Part shown: piece after piece, positions 36,915 to 48,796 of the stretch | How the letters are laid out: each line of letters opens with the position of its first letter | Position numbering within the stretch: the stretch's first letter is position 1 | Source: Clostridia bacterium | GTDB lineage: Bacteria > Bacillota > Clostridia > TANB77 > CAG-508 | Assembly (NCBI GenBank): GCA_017939755.1 | Contig: JAGBAJ010000038.1 | Location: 79,216-143,215, forward strand | Reading direction: 5' to 3' | DNA: 64,000 nt | Notes under the pieces: model-generated | What the model saw: only the letters and a program-made list of their open reading frames with translations | Told to the model about the DNA's origin: nothing | Database searches by the model: none | Program-made: the position numbers and the translations under genes

Positions 36915-37535
36915 TTAATCAATTACAGACCATTTTCCATTAATTTTTAATACATCTAAAGTCATAAAGTTTGTTTCTTTTTCGTCAGATCCTTTTACAG
37001 TAAGTTTAACACATACTTTGTATCCTGATGAAATTTTAATTTTTTCATCATCGTAATCTTCTTTTAACTCATCTTTAACTTTATCTAATTCATCTTTTGT
37101 CATTTTTATTTTATCTACTACTTTATATGAAAGTTTAACATTGTCTCCATATGTTTTTTCTAAAGATTCCTTTCTTTTTTCTAAGAATTCTTCATCATAA
37201 GTATCCTCAAGATTTTCCCTCATAAACTCTGGGTACGCTTTTAAATAAGTTTTAGCATTTGTTTTTTGTACACCATTAAAATAATTTTTGATTGGTGTTT
37301 TGTATGCTCCACCAATTAAAGAGAATATAACAACTATAACTATTATAGCTGCGACTATTATACCACCAACTATAGCAATAGTTTTTACATTACTTTTTTC
37401 TACTTTTTCTGTATTTGCATTAGCATTTTTTACATCCTTTTTTGCTGCTTTTCCTTCTACTGCAGCTCCGCAGTTTGGACAAACCTTATCGTTGTCTTTT
37501 AATTCTGAACCACAATGTTCACAAAATTTACTCAT
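36915..37535 (-). CDS. Zinc-ribbon membrane-anchored protein
   Basis: N-terminal CEHCG...CPNCG zinc ribbon, one TM segment (IAIVGGIIVAAIIVIVVIF), and an extracytoplasmic C-domain. Confidence 0.65.
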   Translation of the reverse strand: MSKFCEHCGSELKDNDKVCPNCGAAVEGKAAKKDVKNANANTEKVEKSNVKTIAIVGGIIVAAIIVIVVIFSLIGGAYKTPIKNYFNGVQKTNAKTYLKAYPEFMRENLEDTYDEEFLEKRKESLEKTYGDNVKLSYKVVDKIKMTKDELDKVKDELKEDYDDEKIKISSGYKVCVKLTVKGSDEKETNFMTLDVLKINGKWSVID

Positions 37536-37806
37536 ATCAATATCCTCCTTCTTTTGATAGATATATAATAATACAACGTAATTATATTTGTCAATTACTT
37601 GACTAAAAAAAAATATAGATATAAAATGAAATTGCTATAAAATGTAGCAATGCGTAATATTTTCGATAACAAATGATAAATAAATCAAAAGAATTTTATC
37701 TGCTTGTAATATATTTGTACTGCACATTATATAGTTTATTAATAAATATTCTAAAATTTAATAAATAGAATATTTTATTAAAAAAAATACAAATATGGAG
37801 GCACAT

Positions 37807-39444
37807 ATGATTGAGATAACATATAAAGGTGATACAATAAAAACTGAAAATATAAAGGTGGTAGATTTATTAAAAGACGAAATAAATAATTGTCAAGCGA
37901 TTGCTTGTAGATTTAATAATGAAGTTAAGTCTTTAAGTTATGAATTAACACAAAATGGTAAAATTGAATTAATAGATATGTCAGATAGAGATGGTAGAAG
38001 AGTATATATAAGAGGATTAGTTTATATTTTAACTAAAGCTTTTAGTGAGTTATATCCTAATGCTAAGACAGAAATAAATTATCAATTGTCTAATTCTATG
38101 CTTTGTGAAGTAGTTGATGAAAATGTTACTGATGAAATGATTGAAAATATAAATAAAAAAGTAGCTGAGATTATTGAAAAAGATATTCCAATAATAAAGA
38201 AGGAAATGTCAAAGTCTGAAGCGAAAGCTTTTTACGATATTGAAAAAAATGAAAAGGGTAGACTTCAAATAGAATATGGTAAAAAGGATGTTGTAAGCTT
38301 ATATTATTGTGAAGACTACTATAATTATTTTTATGGTGTTATGCCGATATCAACAGGTTTTGCTAAGATATATGAAATTGTAAAATATCATAGTGGAATT
38401 CTTATTAGATATCCTAGCAAAAAGGATATTACCAAGTTGCCAGAGTTTAAAGAAAATAAAAAACTTCTAGAGACATTGGATGAATATGAAGAGCTACATG
38501 AAACTCTTCATGTACAAACGCTATATAAATTAAATAGAATAATAAAGAAAAACAAAATAAAAGAATATATTTTATTAGATGAGGCTTTGCATGAGAAAAA
38601 ATTAGCTGCTATAGCCGATGACATAGTGAAAAGGGAAAAGGTAAAAGTTATTTTAATAGCAGGGCCATCTTCATCTGGAAAAACAACATTTGCACAAAGA
38701 CTGGGCATACAATTACGTCTAAATGGATTAAAACCTGTTACATTATCAGTTGATAACTATTTTGTTGAAAGAGCGGATAATCCAAAAGACGAAAATGGAG
38801 AGTATGATTTTGAATGCATAGAAGCAATTGACACAAAGTTGTTTAATGATCATTTATTGAAATTATTAAATGGTGAAGAAATTGATGTACCTACATTTGA
38901 TTTTGAAGTTGGAACTAAACGTTATAATGGCGAAAAATTAAGATTAAAAGATGACCAAATATTAGTTATTGAGGGAATTCATTGTCTAAATGATAAACTT
39001 ACTCCACTTATTAGCAAGGAACAAAAATATAAAATATACATTAGTTGTCTAACTGTATTAAATATGGATTACAACAATAGAATTTCAACAACTGATTCAA
39101 GATTGATTAGAAGAATTGTTAGAGATAGCCAATTTAGAGGATATAAAGCACTACATACATTAAACATGTGGGAATCAGTAAATAAGGGCGAAGAGAAGAA
39201 TATTTTTCCATTCCAAGAGCAAGCAGATAGCATGTTTAATTCATCTTTAATATACGAATTGGCGGTTTTAAAGGATTATGCGTTACCATTACTAAAGGAA
39301 ATTGATAATACTAATCCTGCATATTCTGAGGCTAGAAAATTAATTTCTATGCTAGAGTATTTTGAATCTGTACCAGAAGAATATGTACCAAAAAATTCTC
39401 TATTAAGAGAATTCTTGGGAGGTAGTATCTTCTATAATAATTAA
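37807..39444 (+). CDS. Uridine kinase-family nucleoside kinase with N-terminal TGS-like/ThrRS-like region
   Basis: P-loop IAGPSSSGKTTFAQRL and the uridine kinase core ...VIEGIHCLND. ATG at 37807 after GGAGG. Confidence 0.75.
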   Translation: MIEITYKGDTIKTENIKVVDLLKDEINNCQAIACRFNNEVKSLSYELTQNGKIELIDMSDRDGRRVYIRGLVYILTKAFSELYPNAKTEINYQLSNSMLCEVVDENVTDEMIENINKKVAEIIEKDIPIIKKEMSKSEAKAFYDIEKNEKGRLQIEYGKKDVVSLYYCEDYYNYFYGVMPISTGFAKIYEIVKYHSGILIRYPSKKDITKLPEFKENKKLLETLDEYEELHETLHVQTLYKLNRIIKKNKIKEYILLDEALHEKKLAAIADDIVKREKVKVILIAGPSSSGKTTFAQRLGIQLRLNGLKPVTLSVDNYFVERADNPKDENGEYDFECIEAIDTKLFNDHLLKLLNGEEIDVPTFDFEVGTKRYNGEKLRLKDDQILVIEGIHCLNDKLTPLISKEQKYKIYISCLTVLNMDYNNRISTTDSRLIRRIVRDSQFRGYKALHTLNMWESVNKGEEKNIFPFQEQADSMFNSSLIYELAVLKDYALPLLKEIDNTNPAYSEARKLISMLEYFESVPEEYVPKNSLLREFLGGSIFYNN

Positions 39445-39476
39445 AATTTGTGACATCATGAAAGGATGATTAAAAA

Positions 39477-39797
39477 ATGGAGACAAGTCTATTTACCAAA
39501 ATAGATGAAGAATTTATATGTGAAAATTGCGGAAAAAAAGTTTCAAAACTAGGGTACACATGTAGAAATCATTGCCCATATTGCCTACATTCAAAACACG
39601 TTGACGTGAATCCAGGAGATCGTAGTGAGGATTGCCATGGTTTATTAGAGCCAATTGGAATAGAAATTAGCCCCAAAAAAGGATATGTAATTGTGTTTAA
39701 GTGTAAAAAATGTGGAAATATACGTAAGAATAAAGCTGCTGATGATGATAACATGGACTTAATAATAGAGTTAAGTGCGAACAATGATGTTATATAG
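39477..39797 (+). CDS. RNHCP domain zinc-ribbon protein
   Basis: The literal motif CRNHCPYCLHSKHVD plus CENCG and CKKCG. Confidence 0.75.
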   Translation: METSLFTKIDEEFICENCGKKVSKLGYTCRNHCPYCLHSKHVDVNPGDRSEDCHGLLEPIGIEISPKKGYVIVFKCKKCGNIRKNKAADDDNMDLIIELSANNDVI

Positions 39798-39805
39798 ATA
39801 CCGAG

Positions 39806-39857
39806 AGTGAAAGATAATTAATTTTTTCAGATTTGTTCTAAAGAAATGGAGGTTAGT
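39806..39857 (+). repeat. Family A short form plus SD module (copy A5)
   Basis: AGTGAAAGATAATTAATTTTTTCAGATTTGTTCTAAAGAAATGGAGG is the left TIR fused directly to the tail/SD module. Confidence 0.6.
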
Positions 39858-40454
39858 ATGAATTTAGCAAACAAATTAACAATTTTTAGAATAATTTTAG
39901 TACCAATAATGGTAATTATTCCGTTTATACCAATAGAAGGAGATTTATTTGGCATACCAATTACATGGCTATTAATTGCATTAATTTTTATTATTGCATC
40001 CATAACAGATAAATTAGATGGGTATATTGCAAGATCAAGAAATCAAATAACAACATTTGGAAAATTTTTAGATCCGATTGCTGATAAAATTTTAGTTTTA
40101 ACAGCAATGATAATGCTTGTTGAAGCAAATAGATTACCTGCATGGATTCCAGTAATTGTTTTATTCAGAGAATTTATAGTGTCTGGATACAGATTAATAG
40201 CCGTGGAAAAATCTGGTAATGTTATTGCGGCATCTATTTGGGGAAAATTAAAAACTGTTACCCAAATGGTAGGTTTAATAGTTGCTTTATTAGATATGAA
40301 TGCTTTTGGGGAATTTATAGGTGGAAGTTTAGATGGATTTGGATTAGTAGTAAATGTAATAAGTAGTACATTGCTATTTATTTCTGTAATTGCAACTATT
40401 TTTTCTGGATGGGATTATTTAAAAAATGGTAAAGAGTTATTTAAGGATATGTAA
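39858..40454 (+). CDS. pgsA: CDP-diacylglycerol--glycerol-3-phosphate 3-phosphatidyltransferase
   Basis: MNLANKLTIFRI... and DGYIARSRNQITTFGKFLDPIADK (CDP-alcohol phosphatidyltransferase motif). Confidence 0.93.
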   Translation: MNLANKLTIFRIILVPIMVIIPFIPIEGDLFGIPITWLLIALIFIIASITDKLDGYIARSRNQITTFGKFLDPIADKILVLTAMIMLVEANRLPAWIPVIVLFREFIVSGYRLIAVEKSGNVIAASIWGKLKTVTQMVGLIVALLDMNAFGEFIGGSLDGFGLVVNVISSTLLFISVIATIFSGWDYLKNGKELFKDM

Positions 40455-40465
40455 AATGGAGTAAG

Positions 40466-40620
40466 GTTGAAAAATAATTACAATTTTGGCTGTGTCAAAG
40501 TTTATTTAAAACGCGGTTACATACAATAAGTATGCGTTCTTGCTTTTTAAATTGAATTTTCCTTGCCGAAATTTAATTCTTTTCCAACTGGATTTGTGCT
40601 TAGAAGGAATGGAGTAATAT
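40466..40620 (+). repeat. Family A' MITE-like element plus SD module (copy A'2)
   Basis: TIRs GTTGAAAAATAATTACAATTTTGGC / GCCGAAATTTAATTCTTTTCCAAC, then TGGATTTGTGCTTAGAAGGAATGGAG, and the ATG at 40621. Confidence 0.85.
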
Positions 40621-41346
40621 ATGGATATCAAGTTAATTACAAAAAAATGTCCAAATTGTGGAGCAAATTTAAAATTTAATATGAGTGATACTTCTGTTAC
40701 ATGTGAGTATTGCGGAACATATGCACTAATAGAGCATGATAGAAAAAATATGTATACTACTACAGAACCTGGCGTAAATAGAATATATGTAAATAAAGCT
40801 GGAGAGGTATTTAAGTGGGTAAGCCGTGCAATTATATCTGCAATGCTATTAATATTTGGAATTATGATGTGCTCGTTAAGTAGCCCTATTTATGGAGTTA
40901 TTTTAATTTTTGGTGCAATATTAACAATGTTGCCAATATCAATAAAGGGAATTGACAAGATACCACATTTGAGAGCTGCAATAATTGCTATAATATTTTT
41001 TGTTGGTTTCTTTGGCGGATGTATGTCTATGTACGAATTACCATCAGAATTTCAAGGGAAATACGTATCAGATACTTCAGGTATTATTGTTGAAATTAAA
41101 GGAAATAACATTAAAGTTACAGATGGTGATTATGTTGTGAAAGAAAAATTATATACGTGGGAAGAAACCTGGGGACACGTTACATATCACAATATAAAAG
41201 TAAACAATGGTGAGTATGAATTTAGATTGGTGGATCATGGTGGGGTAGAATTTCAATTTTATGAGAGAGCTCCATATGGCACCCCAAAAACTTTTTATTA
41301 CAATACAAAAAATAAGAGCAAATATATTTGTGAAGAAAAATATTAG
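40621..41346 (+). CDS. Zinc-ribbon membrane protein, function unknown
   Basis: N-terminal CPNCG...CEYCG, 3-4 TM helices, and a soluble C-domain. Confidence 0.6.
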   Translation: MDIKLITKKCPNCGANLKFNMSDTSVTCEYCGTYALIEHDRKNMYTTTEPGVNRIYVNKAGEVFKWVSRAIISAMLLIFGIMMCSLSSPIYGVILIFGAILTMLPISIKGIDKIPHLRAAIIAIIFFVGFFGGCMSMYELPSEFQGKYVSDTSGIIVEIKGNNIKVTDGDYVVKEKLYTWEETWGHVTYHNIKVNNGEYEFRLVDHGGVEFQFYERAPYGTPKTFYYNTKNKSKYICEEKY

Positions 41347-41383
41347 ACACGATTTTTCAGTTCTAAATGTACATAAAATGAGT

Positions 41384-41416
41384 GATTCAAAGTATAACGC
41401 TTTGAATCTCTATTTT
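41384..41416 (+). terminator. Putative terminator hairpin
   Basis: Stem GATTCAAAG / CTTTGAATC with a T-rich tail. Confidence 0.5.
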
Positions 41417-41510
41417 ATATAATAGGAAAGCTCTACTTTCCTATTATATAAAAAATAAACATTGCACACAAATTTTCTTTGAAAATTTGGCGCATGAACA
41501 AATAAACATT
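41413..41510 (+). repeat. Family B repeat, partial (copy B5)
   Basis: Hairpin module TATATAATAGGAAAGCTCTACTTTCCTATTATATA, then AACATTGCACACAAATTTTCTTTGAAAATTTGGCGCATGAACAAAT (related to the second module of B1). Confidence 0.65.
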
Positions 41511-41552
41511 TACAAAACTTATTTTTATACTATATTTTTTTGAGGAGATTAA

Positions 41553-43553
<2,001 letters not shown>

Positions 43554-43577
43554 ATTATATTAGAGAGAGGTATACAA

Positions 43578-43994
43578 ATGGAAGAAAAATATAGAATGGC
43601 TTATGCAGAAGTTAACGAAATTTTAAAGTTATCATCTGTGGAGGTTACAAATAAAATACCATACAATTTTAGAAGAAAAATAATAAAAAATATGGATAAA
43701 AATTACGTTCCAAATATAACTCCCAAGAAAGATTTTTTAGAGCAAAATCTCATGAATGAAACGTACGAGATACTTAAGCTAATATATATAAAATATCTGG
43801 AACCGCAAAGCCCAAAAAAAGAAGTTACAGAAAAATTTAATGCTAATGATATTTTTAAAGACAGAAGAGCTTCAAATAATCAGTCGTCTATCGATAGTGA
43901 AAAGAAATCAGATGAGCTTATAATGATTAATCATAAATGGTACATCAAATTATTAAATAAGATAAAGAATTTTTTTAGAGGGAGTAAGGTATAG
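43578..43994 (+). CDS. Hypothetical small protein, paralog of 52153-52500
   Basis: AYAEVNEIL...NKIPYNFRRKIIKNMDKNYV aligns with AYTEVNAII...NKIPEKVRANIKQKMDKSYV. It starts 25 nt after ligA (SD AGAGAGAGG). Confidence 0.65.
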   Translation: MEEKYRMAYAEVNEILKLSSVEVTNKIPYNFRRKIIKNMDKNYVPNITPKKDFLEQNLMNETYEILKLIYIKYLEPQSPKKEVTEKFNANDIFKDRRASNNQSSIDSEKKSDELIMINHKWYIKLLNKIKNFFRGSKV

Positions 43995-45727
43995 TGGATA
44001 AAGGATTAGAATTAAAAATAAATGAGCTATTTGAATATAATTCCGAAAAGTCACAAGATTTTGAGATATATTCATATCCATATTTAATAAGAAAAATTAA
44101 TGATGAAAATTTAAAGCAACGTGCTCAAGCAAAACTAATACAGATTGCATTGCAAGATTATGATATTTCGGCTGTAGAATATATTTTAGAAAATTTGAAT
44201 ATGCCACAAGAAGAAAAAAATCCAGTATATATAGAATTATTAGAAAAAAGATTAAAAAAAATAAATTTAGATGAGATTAAAGATTCAGAGAATGACATAA
44301 GTTATAGATTGTCAATTTTTGGAGATTTTCAAAGAATTTTTTCAAATTTACACTTAGTTGAAGATGACGCTAAGTGGAAAAAAAATTTTATTGATAAATG
44401 TAGCGAAGCTCTTGATGGCTATTTAGAGTGGTATATTGGTTCTTATGAAGGTGGCAGAGAAAGTAGAATAATTAATGAACATTTACGCTACATATTATAT
44501 TGTGAAAATCCAGGTGATGTAAATATTCTTATGGAAAAATGGGGAACAGAGTTTCAAGATGATTATAAAAAGATAGTAGAGCTTCATTGTAATAAAAACT
44601 ATATAATGGATAGAGCAAATTCATATAGTTTTGACGAAGTTGACCTCGGAGTAGATGAAGATTTAACCATAGGTACAGAGATAGAAATTAATCAAAAGAA
44701 TAGACATGCTTTATACCCATTAAATGAACAGATTGGAATAGAAGAGTGGACTACAAGACCTGATGCAACTGTACCTGATGGAAATGAATTTATATCGCCT
44801 CCAATGAGAAATACTCCAGAAGATATGTGTAAATTTAAAGCAATACTTGAAACACTTAAAGAAACAGGACATTATTTTGACTATTCTGAGAAATTTAATT
44901 CAAATGCTTCTGGACAAATAAATATAGGACTGGATTATTTAGATACTGCTGAATCGATACTTACTTTTTTTGAATTATATGGCAATGCAGAAGAAATATT
45001 ATATCATATTGCTAATCCAGATGGGCAAATAACAAGACAACCAGTTTTTGATAATTCAAGAATGAATCCAATATCTACCCAAATTGGTAAGGTAAGTGTT
45101 GATGAAGATATTAGTAGAGACGAAACTATAAGGATGTTATCTGGATTTGACGATATACGAATGAAACATAAAAAAATGTCTATTTGTATAAGAGATGGTT
45201 TGGTAAAAGGAAGAGCTAGACTTGAGTGGAGAATGCCAAATGGAAGTTGTGAATTTGAGGTGTGGAAAGCAAATATTAAATTGATAGCTAAAATAGTTGA
45301 AAAATCAAAGGAAATAGCAAATATAAAGTTAAAATCCGATATTACCCCTGAGGAAGAAGAAAAACTAATGTTATTCGAGTCACTAAAAACTGAGAAATAC
45401 AAAGATGAAATGGACTACAAAAGACGAAATTTATTTGAGCCATTAAACTACAATGAAATAAATGACGAAAAATTAGTCGATTTTTTAGATTTAATTTTTG
45501 AAGATGAGAATGATAAAAAGGTATATTTTGATAGATATTATATGACAGAGCAATCTATAGAGCGAACTGGAACCAATAAATATTACCCATATAGTAGATG
45601 CGATAATCCAGGACAAGGTTTTAAAATGGTACAGTTTGAGAGGGTTTATAGAAGTAGGCAGAAGGTTTATTCTTATGATCCAGAAACAGGAAGATACACA
45701 GAGGACGAAGATTTTGGAGATAGATAG
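43994..45727 (+). CDS. Hypothetical 577-aa protein with amidoligase-like (Amidoligase_2/GCS2-like) central region
   Basis: The GTG start overlaps the preceding TAG (TAGTG). The motifs IGTEIEI, GNEFISPP and ARLEWRMPNGS occur in the order expected for the GxExE / E-x-x-SP / EFR signatures of the putative amidoligase family. Confidence 0.6.
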   Translation: MDKGLELKINELFEYNSEKSQDFEIYSYPYLIRKINDENLKQRAQAKLIQIALQDYDISAVEYILENLNMPQEEKNPVYIELLEKRLKKINLDEIKDSENDISYRLSIFGDFQRIFSNLHLVEDDAKWKKNFIDKCSEALDGYLEWYIGSYEGGRESRIINEHLRYILYCENPGDVNILMEKWGTEFQDDYKKIVELHCNKNYIMDRANSYSFDEVDLGVDEDLTIGTEIEINQKNRHALYPLNEQIGIEEWTTRPDATVPDGNEFISPPMRNTPEDMCKFKAILETLKETGHYFDYSEKFNSNASGQINIGLDYLDTAESILTFFELYGNAEEILYHIANPDGQITRQPVFDNSRMNPISTQIGKVSVDEDISRDETIRMLSGFDDIRMKHKKMSICIRDGLVKGRARLEWRMPNGSCEFEVWKANIKLIAKIVEKSKEIANIKLKSDITPEEEEKLMLFESLKTEKYKDEMDYKRRNLFEPLNYNEINDEKLVDFLDLIFEDENDKKVYFDRYYMTEQSIERTGTNKYYPYSRCDNPGQGFKMVQFERVYRSRQKVYSYDPETGRYTEDEDFGDR

Positions 45728-45760
45728 GGTATTAGTATTAAGGAAGGAATGAGATTATAC

Positions 45761-45997
45761 ATGGAAAATTATACTTTTGAAAATTTAGAGCGAGATTTAG
45801 ATAATGGTTACCAGATATTTTTTACATATGTACGTAATAGGTATCTTCTATATAAAACTTCAGAAAATAGCTATACACAAGAATTATTATCAGACCATCC
45901 AAAAAATCCTCAGCCAAGAATGCAAATTGTAACACACAAGAGAATTTTTGAGATGTTCCCATTTATGGAGGAAATTGAATATAAGGTAGGAATTTAA
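45761..45997 (+). CDS. Hypothetical small protein (78 aa)
   Basis: ORF in the same operon with short gaps on both sides. No motif recognised. Alternative ATG at 45749. Confidence 0.5.
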   Translation: MENYTFENLERDLDNGYQIFFTYVRNRYLLYKTSENSYTQELLSDHPKNPQPRMQIVTHKRIFEMFPFMEEIEYKVGI

Positions 45998-46008
45998 GGA
46001 GTAAGTGC

Positions 46009-46536
46009 ATGGATATTGAAGAGGTTAAACAGAATGCCAACAACAAAGAAAAGTTCATGGAATATGTTAAAGAAGATGGTTTAGTTTTAGAATGGGCTTC
46101 ACCAGAGCTGCAAGATGATAAAGAGCTAGTAATGGAAGCTGTAAAATGTGATGGTGGAGCTTTAGAGTTTGCAAGCGATAGATTAAAAGATGACAAAGAT
46201 ATTTTATTAACTGCAGTTGAGGTTAAGGGTTGGGTTTTATGCTATGCAAGTGAAAGGCTTCAAGCAGATAAAGATGTTGTTTTAAAAGCTGCGAGTCATG
46301 ATGGACAGGTTTTATATTATGCAAGTCAAAAGCTAAGAGATGATAAAGATGTAGTACTTGCAGCAGTTAGTAATAAAGGTATAATTTTAAAATATGCAAG
46401 CAGACGTATGAGAGAAGATAAAGATGTAGCTATAGCTACATTAAAACAATCTAAAAAAGCTTTTAGCTATATTGGTGATACATTAAAGGATGATCCTGAT
46501 ATACAAAATATTATGAATCCACCAACTGATGGATAG
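46009..46536 (+). CDS. DUF4116 repeat protein
   Basis: Five tandem repeats of about 30 aa of the type G..L.YAS..L..DKDVVLAAV, which is the DUF4116 signature. Confidence 0.75.
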   Translation: MDIEEVKQNANNKEKFMEYVKEDGLVLEWASPELQDDKELVMEAVKCDGGALEFASDRLKDDKDILLTAVEVKGWVLCYASERLQADKDVVLKAASHDGQVLYYASQKLRDDKDVVLAAVSNKGIILKYASRRMREDKDVAIATLKQSKKAFSYIGDTLKDDPDIQNIMNPPTDG

Positions 46537-46581
46537 AAATCAACTCGGTAGATGTGTATGAATAATTATATATAATACAAG

Positions 46582-46609
46582 AAGGATGGAAGATAAAATT
46601 TCCATCCTT
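46582..46609. terminator. Hairpin between convergent genes
   Basis: 10-bp stem AAGGATGGAA / TTCCATCCTT. The U-tracts are weak on both strands. Confidence 0.45.
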
Positions 46610-46640
46610 AAATTTGGATCACGAACAATCATATTTAGCC

Positions 46641-48485
46641 TTAAAGTTCAATTTTTGGATTATATTTTTCAAGCCACATATTTACTTGACATAGATAAGC
46701 TATTAGTTGTGGTCCTGTCATTAATTGCCCAAACCAAGGTCTTGAAAAAGCCTTACCATTGGTTTCTAATATTTCAAGAATATATTTTCTATTCAAGATA
46801 TTATTTATAGGCGCATTTGGATTATTCATAATTTTTGTTAATTTATTTTTTACAGTTGCAAGGTATGTCGGATTCCATGTTTTTGGATATGGGCTCTTTT
46901 TTCTTTCTACTATTTCCTCAGGTAAAATATCTTTCATTGCATACCTTAGCAAGCCCTTTTCACGGCCATTTAAGGCTTTCATTTCCCAAGGAATATTCCA
47001 TACATATTCTGCAAGCTTATAGTCGCAAAATGGAACTCTTATTTCAAATCCATTATACATGGCCATTCTATCGGATCTATCTAGTAATGTTTGCATAAAC
47101 CAATTTAATGTTAAGTGCGAAATTTTTCTTTTTCGAGCTGTTTCCATCGAGTCTTCATCAAGGATATCAACTTCGCTAAGCGATTCTTGATACCTATAAT
47201 CTATATAATTTTTCAAGTCTATTTTTGATGAAATAGATTCATTTAATAGATTTTGCCTTTCTGAAATGGCAATTGACCACGGAAATGTATTGCTTTTTAG
47301 AGCATCTTCTCTAAAGAACCAAGGATATCCTGCAAATATTTCGTCTGCACATTCTCCAGTAAGAGTGACTGTTGCGTATGGCTTTACATTTTTGCAGAAT
47401 AAAAGTAGGGAAGAGTCTACATCTGCCATACCAGGAAAATCTCTAGCAATCATAGCATCTTCTAATGCATCTGCAAGCTCTGGCGTATCTAGGGTTATTG
47501 TTTGATGATTTGTGTGTAACTTGTTTTGCATTAACTCAATGAAGTATTTGTCAGAATTAGGCTGAAAATCTGTTTTTTGAAAATTTTTATCATTATCAAC
47601 ATAATCAACGGAGAATGTATTTAAGTTTCCTAATCTATGCTCTTCAAAATATTTAGATGCATAATGTGCAATTATACTAGAGTCTAAACCTCCTGATAAA
47701 AATACACATAAAGGAACATCTGAAAATAATTGTCTATTTATTGAATCTTCTAATAAGTGTCTGACGTTGTTTGAAGTATCATTTAGACTATCATAGTGAG
47801 GCTTTGATTCTAGTTTCCAGTATTTTTGCAAGTGTAAACCTGACTCATTGAATATAGCAAAATGTGCAGGTTTTATTTCGTTAATATTTTTAAATATACC
47901 GCATCCTGCTGTTCGTGCAGGTCCAATGCCAAATAATTCAGCAACACTTTGCTCATCTAAAGTTGCTTCAACACCTGGATAGGCTAAAAGAGCTTTTACT
48001 TCAGACGCAAATATTAATGTATCATTTAAGATAGTATAGAATAGAGGCTTTACGCCAAAATGATCACGTGCTAAAAAAAGCTCTTTTTTATTGCCATCCC
48101 AAATTGCAAAAGCAAAAATTCCATTTAATTTTTTTACTAAATCATGATTCCAGTGCATATAGCCTTTTAAAATAACTTCTGTATCAGAATACGAGTCAAA
48201 TTCATAACCATTTTGTTCAAGCTCTTTGCGTAGCTCTTTTGTGTTGTAAATTTGACCATTATACACAATCGTAAATACATTATTTGAATTCATGTTTGTC
48301 ATAGGTTGTTTTCCACCATCTGGATCAACTACAATTAAACGTTTATGTCCAAGACAAATATTTTTTTCATAATAATAACCATCTTCATCAGGTCCTCTTT
48401 TTGATAGGGTATTGTTCATATTGTAAATATTAGTTTTTGAAGATATATCTTCTTTTAAATTTGCAAATCCAACGAATCCACACAT
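46641..48485 (-). CDS. asnB: Asparagine synthase (glutamine-hydrolysing)
   Basis: MCGFVGF N-terminal nucleophile Cys, SGGLDSS PP-loop, 614 aa. Confidence 0.95.
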   Translation of the reverse strand: MCGFVGFANLKEDISSKTNIYNMNNTLSKRGPDEDGYYYEKNICLGHKRLIVVDPDGGKQPMTNMNSNNVFTIVYNGQIYNTKELRKELEQNGYEFDSYSDTEVILKGYMHWNHDLVKKLNGIFAFAIWDGNKKELFLARDHFGVKPLFYTILNDTLIFASEVKALLAYPGVEATLDEQSVAELFGIGPARTAGCGIFKNINEIKPAHFAIFNESGLHLQKYWKLESKPHYDSLNDTSNNVRHLLEDSINRQLFSDVPLCVFLSGGLDSSIIAHYASKYFEEHRLGNLNTFSVDYVDNDKNFQKTDFQPNSDKYFIELMQNKLHTNHQTITLDTPELADALEDAMIARDFPGMADVDSSLLLFCKNVKPYATVTLTGECADEIFAGYPWFFREDALKSNTFPWSIAISERQNLLNESISSKIDLKNYIDYRYQESLSEVDILDEDSMETARKRKISHLTLNWFMQTLLDRSDRMAMYNGFEIRVPFCDYKLAEYVWNIPWEMKALNGREKGLLRYAMKDILPEEIVERKKSPYPKTWNPTYLATVKNKLTKIMNNPNAPINNILNRKYILEILETNGKAFSRPWFGQLMTGPQLIAYLCQVNMWLEKYNPKIEL

Positions 48486-48575
48486 AAAATACCTCCGAGA
48501 AAAAATATAATATATAGTATATGCAATAAAATAAAAAAAGATAATAAATGAATCTTTAAAAAGAAGTTACCAATT

Positions 48576-48796
48576 GTTACAATTCACAGCTTTAAAATTA
48601 TGTAATAAAGATTAGCAATATAATGTAAATTTATAATATTACGCCCCAACTACATAAGAGAATCTATTTTTTTTACAGCGTGATACACTTGTAAAAATTA
48701 GATTCTCTAATTTGTTGGTCCCCACCTTAACTTCATATTATAAATTTACATTATATTGCTAATCTTATATGAAATTAAGCTGTGAATCGTAGTTAC
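48576..48796 (+). repeat. Family R palindromic MITE-like element (copy R3)
   Basis: A 32-bp perfect stem (48608-48639 with 48735-48766) and the core TACGCCCCAACTACA...TTTGTTGGTCCCCACCTTAACTTC. Ends are GTTACAATTCACAGC / GCTGTGAATCGTAGTTAC. AGTTACCAATT occurs at both borders. Confidence 0.85.
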
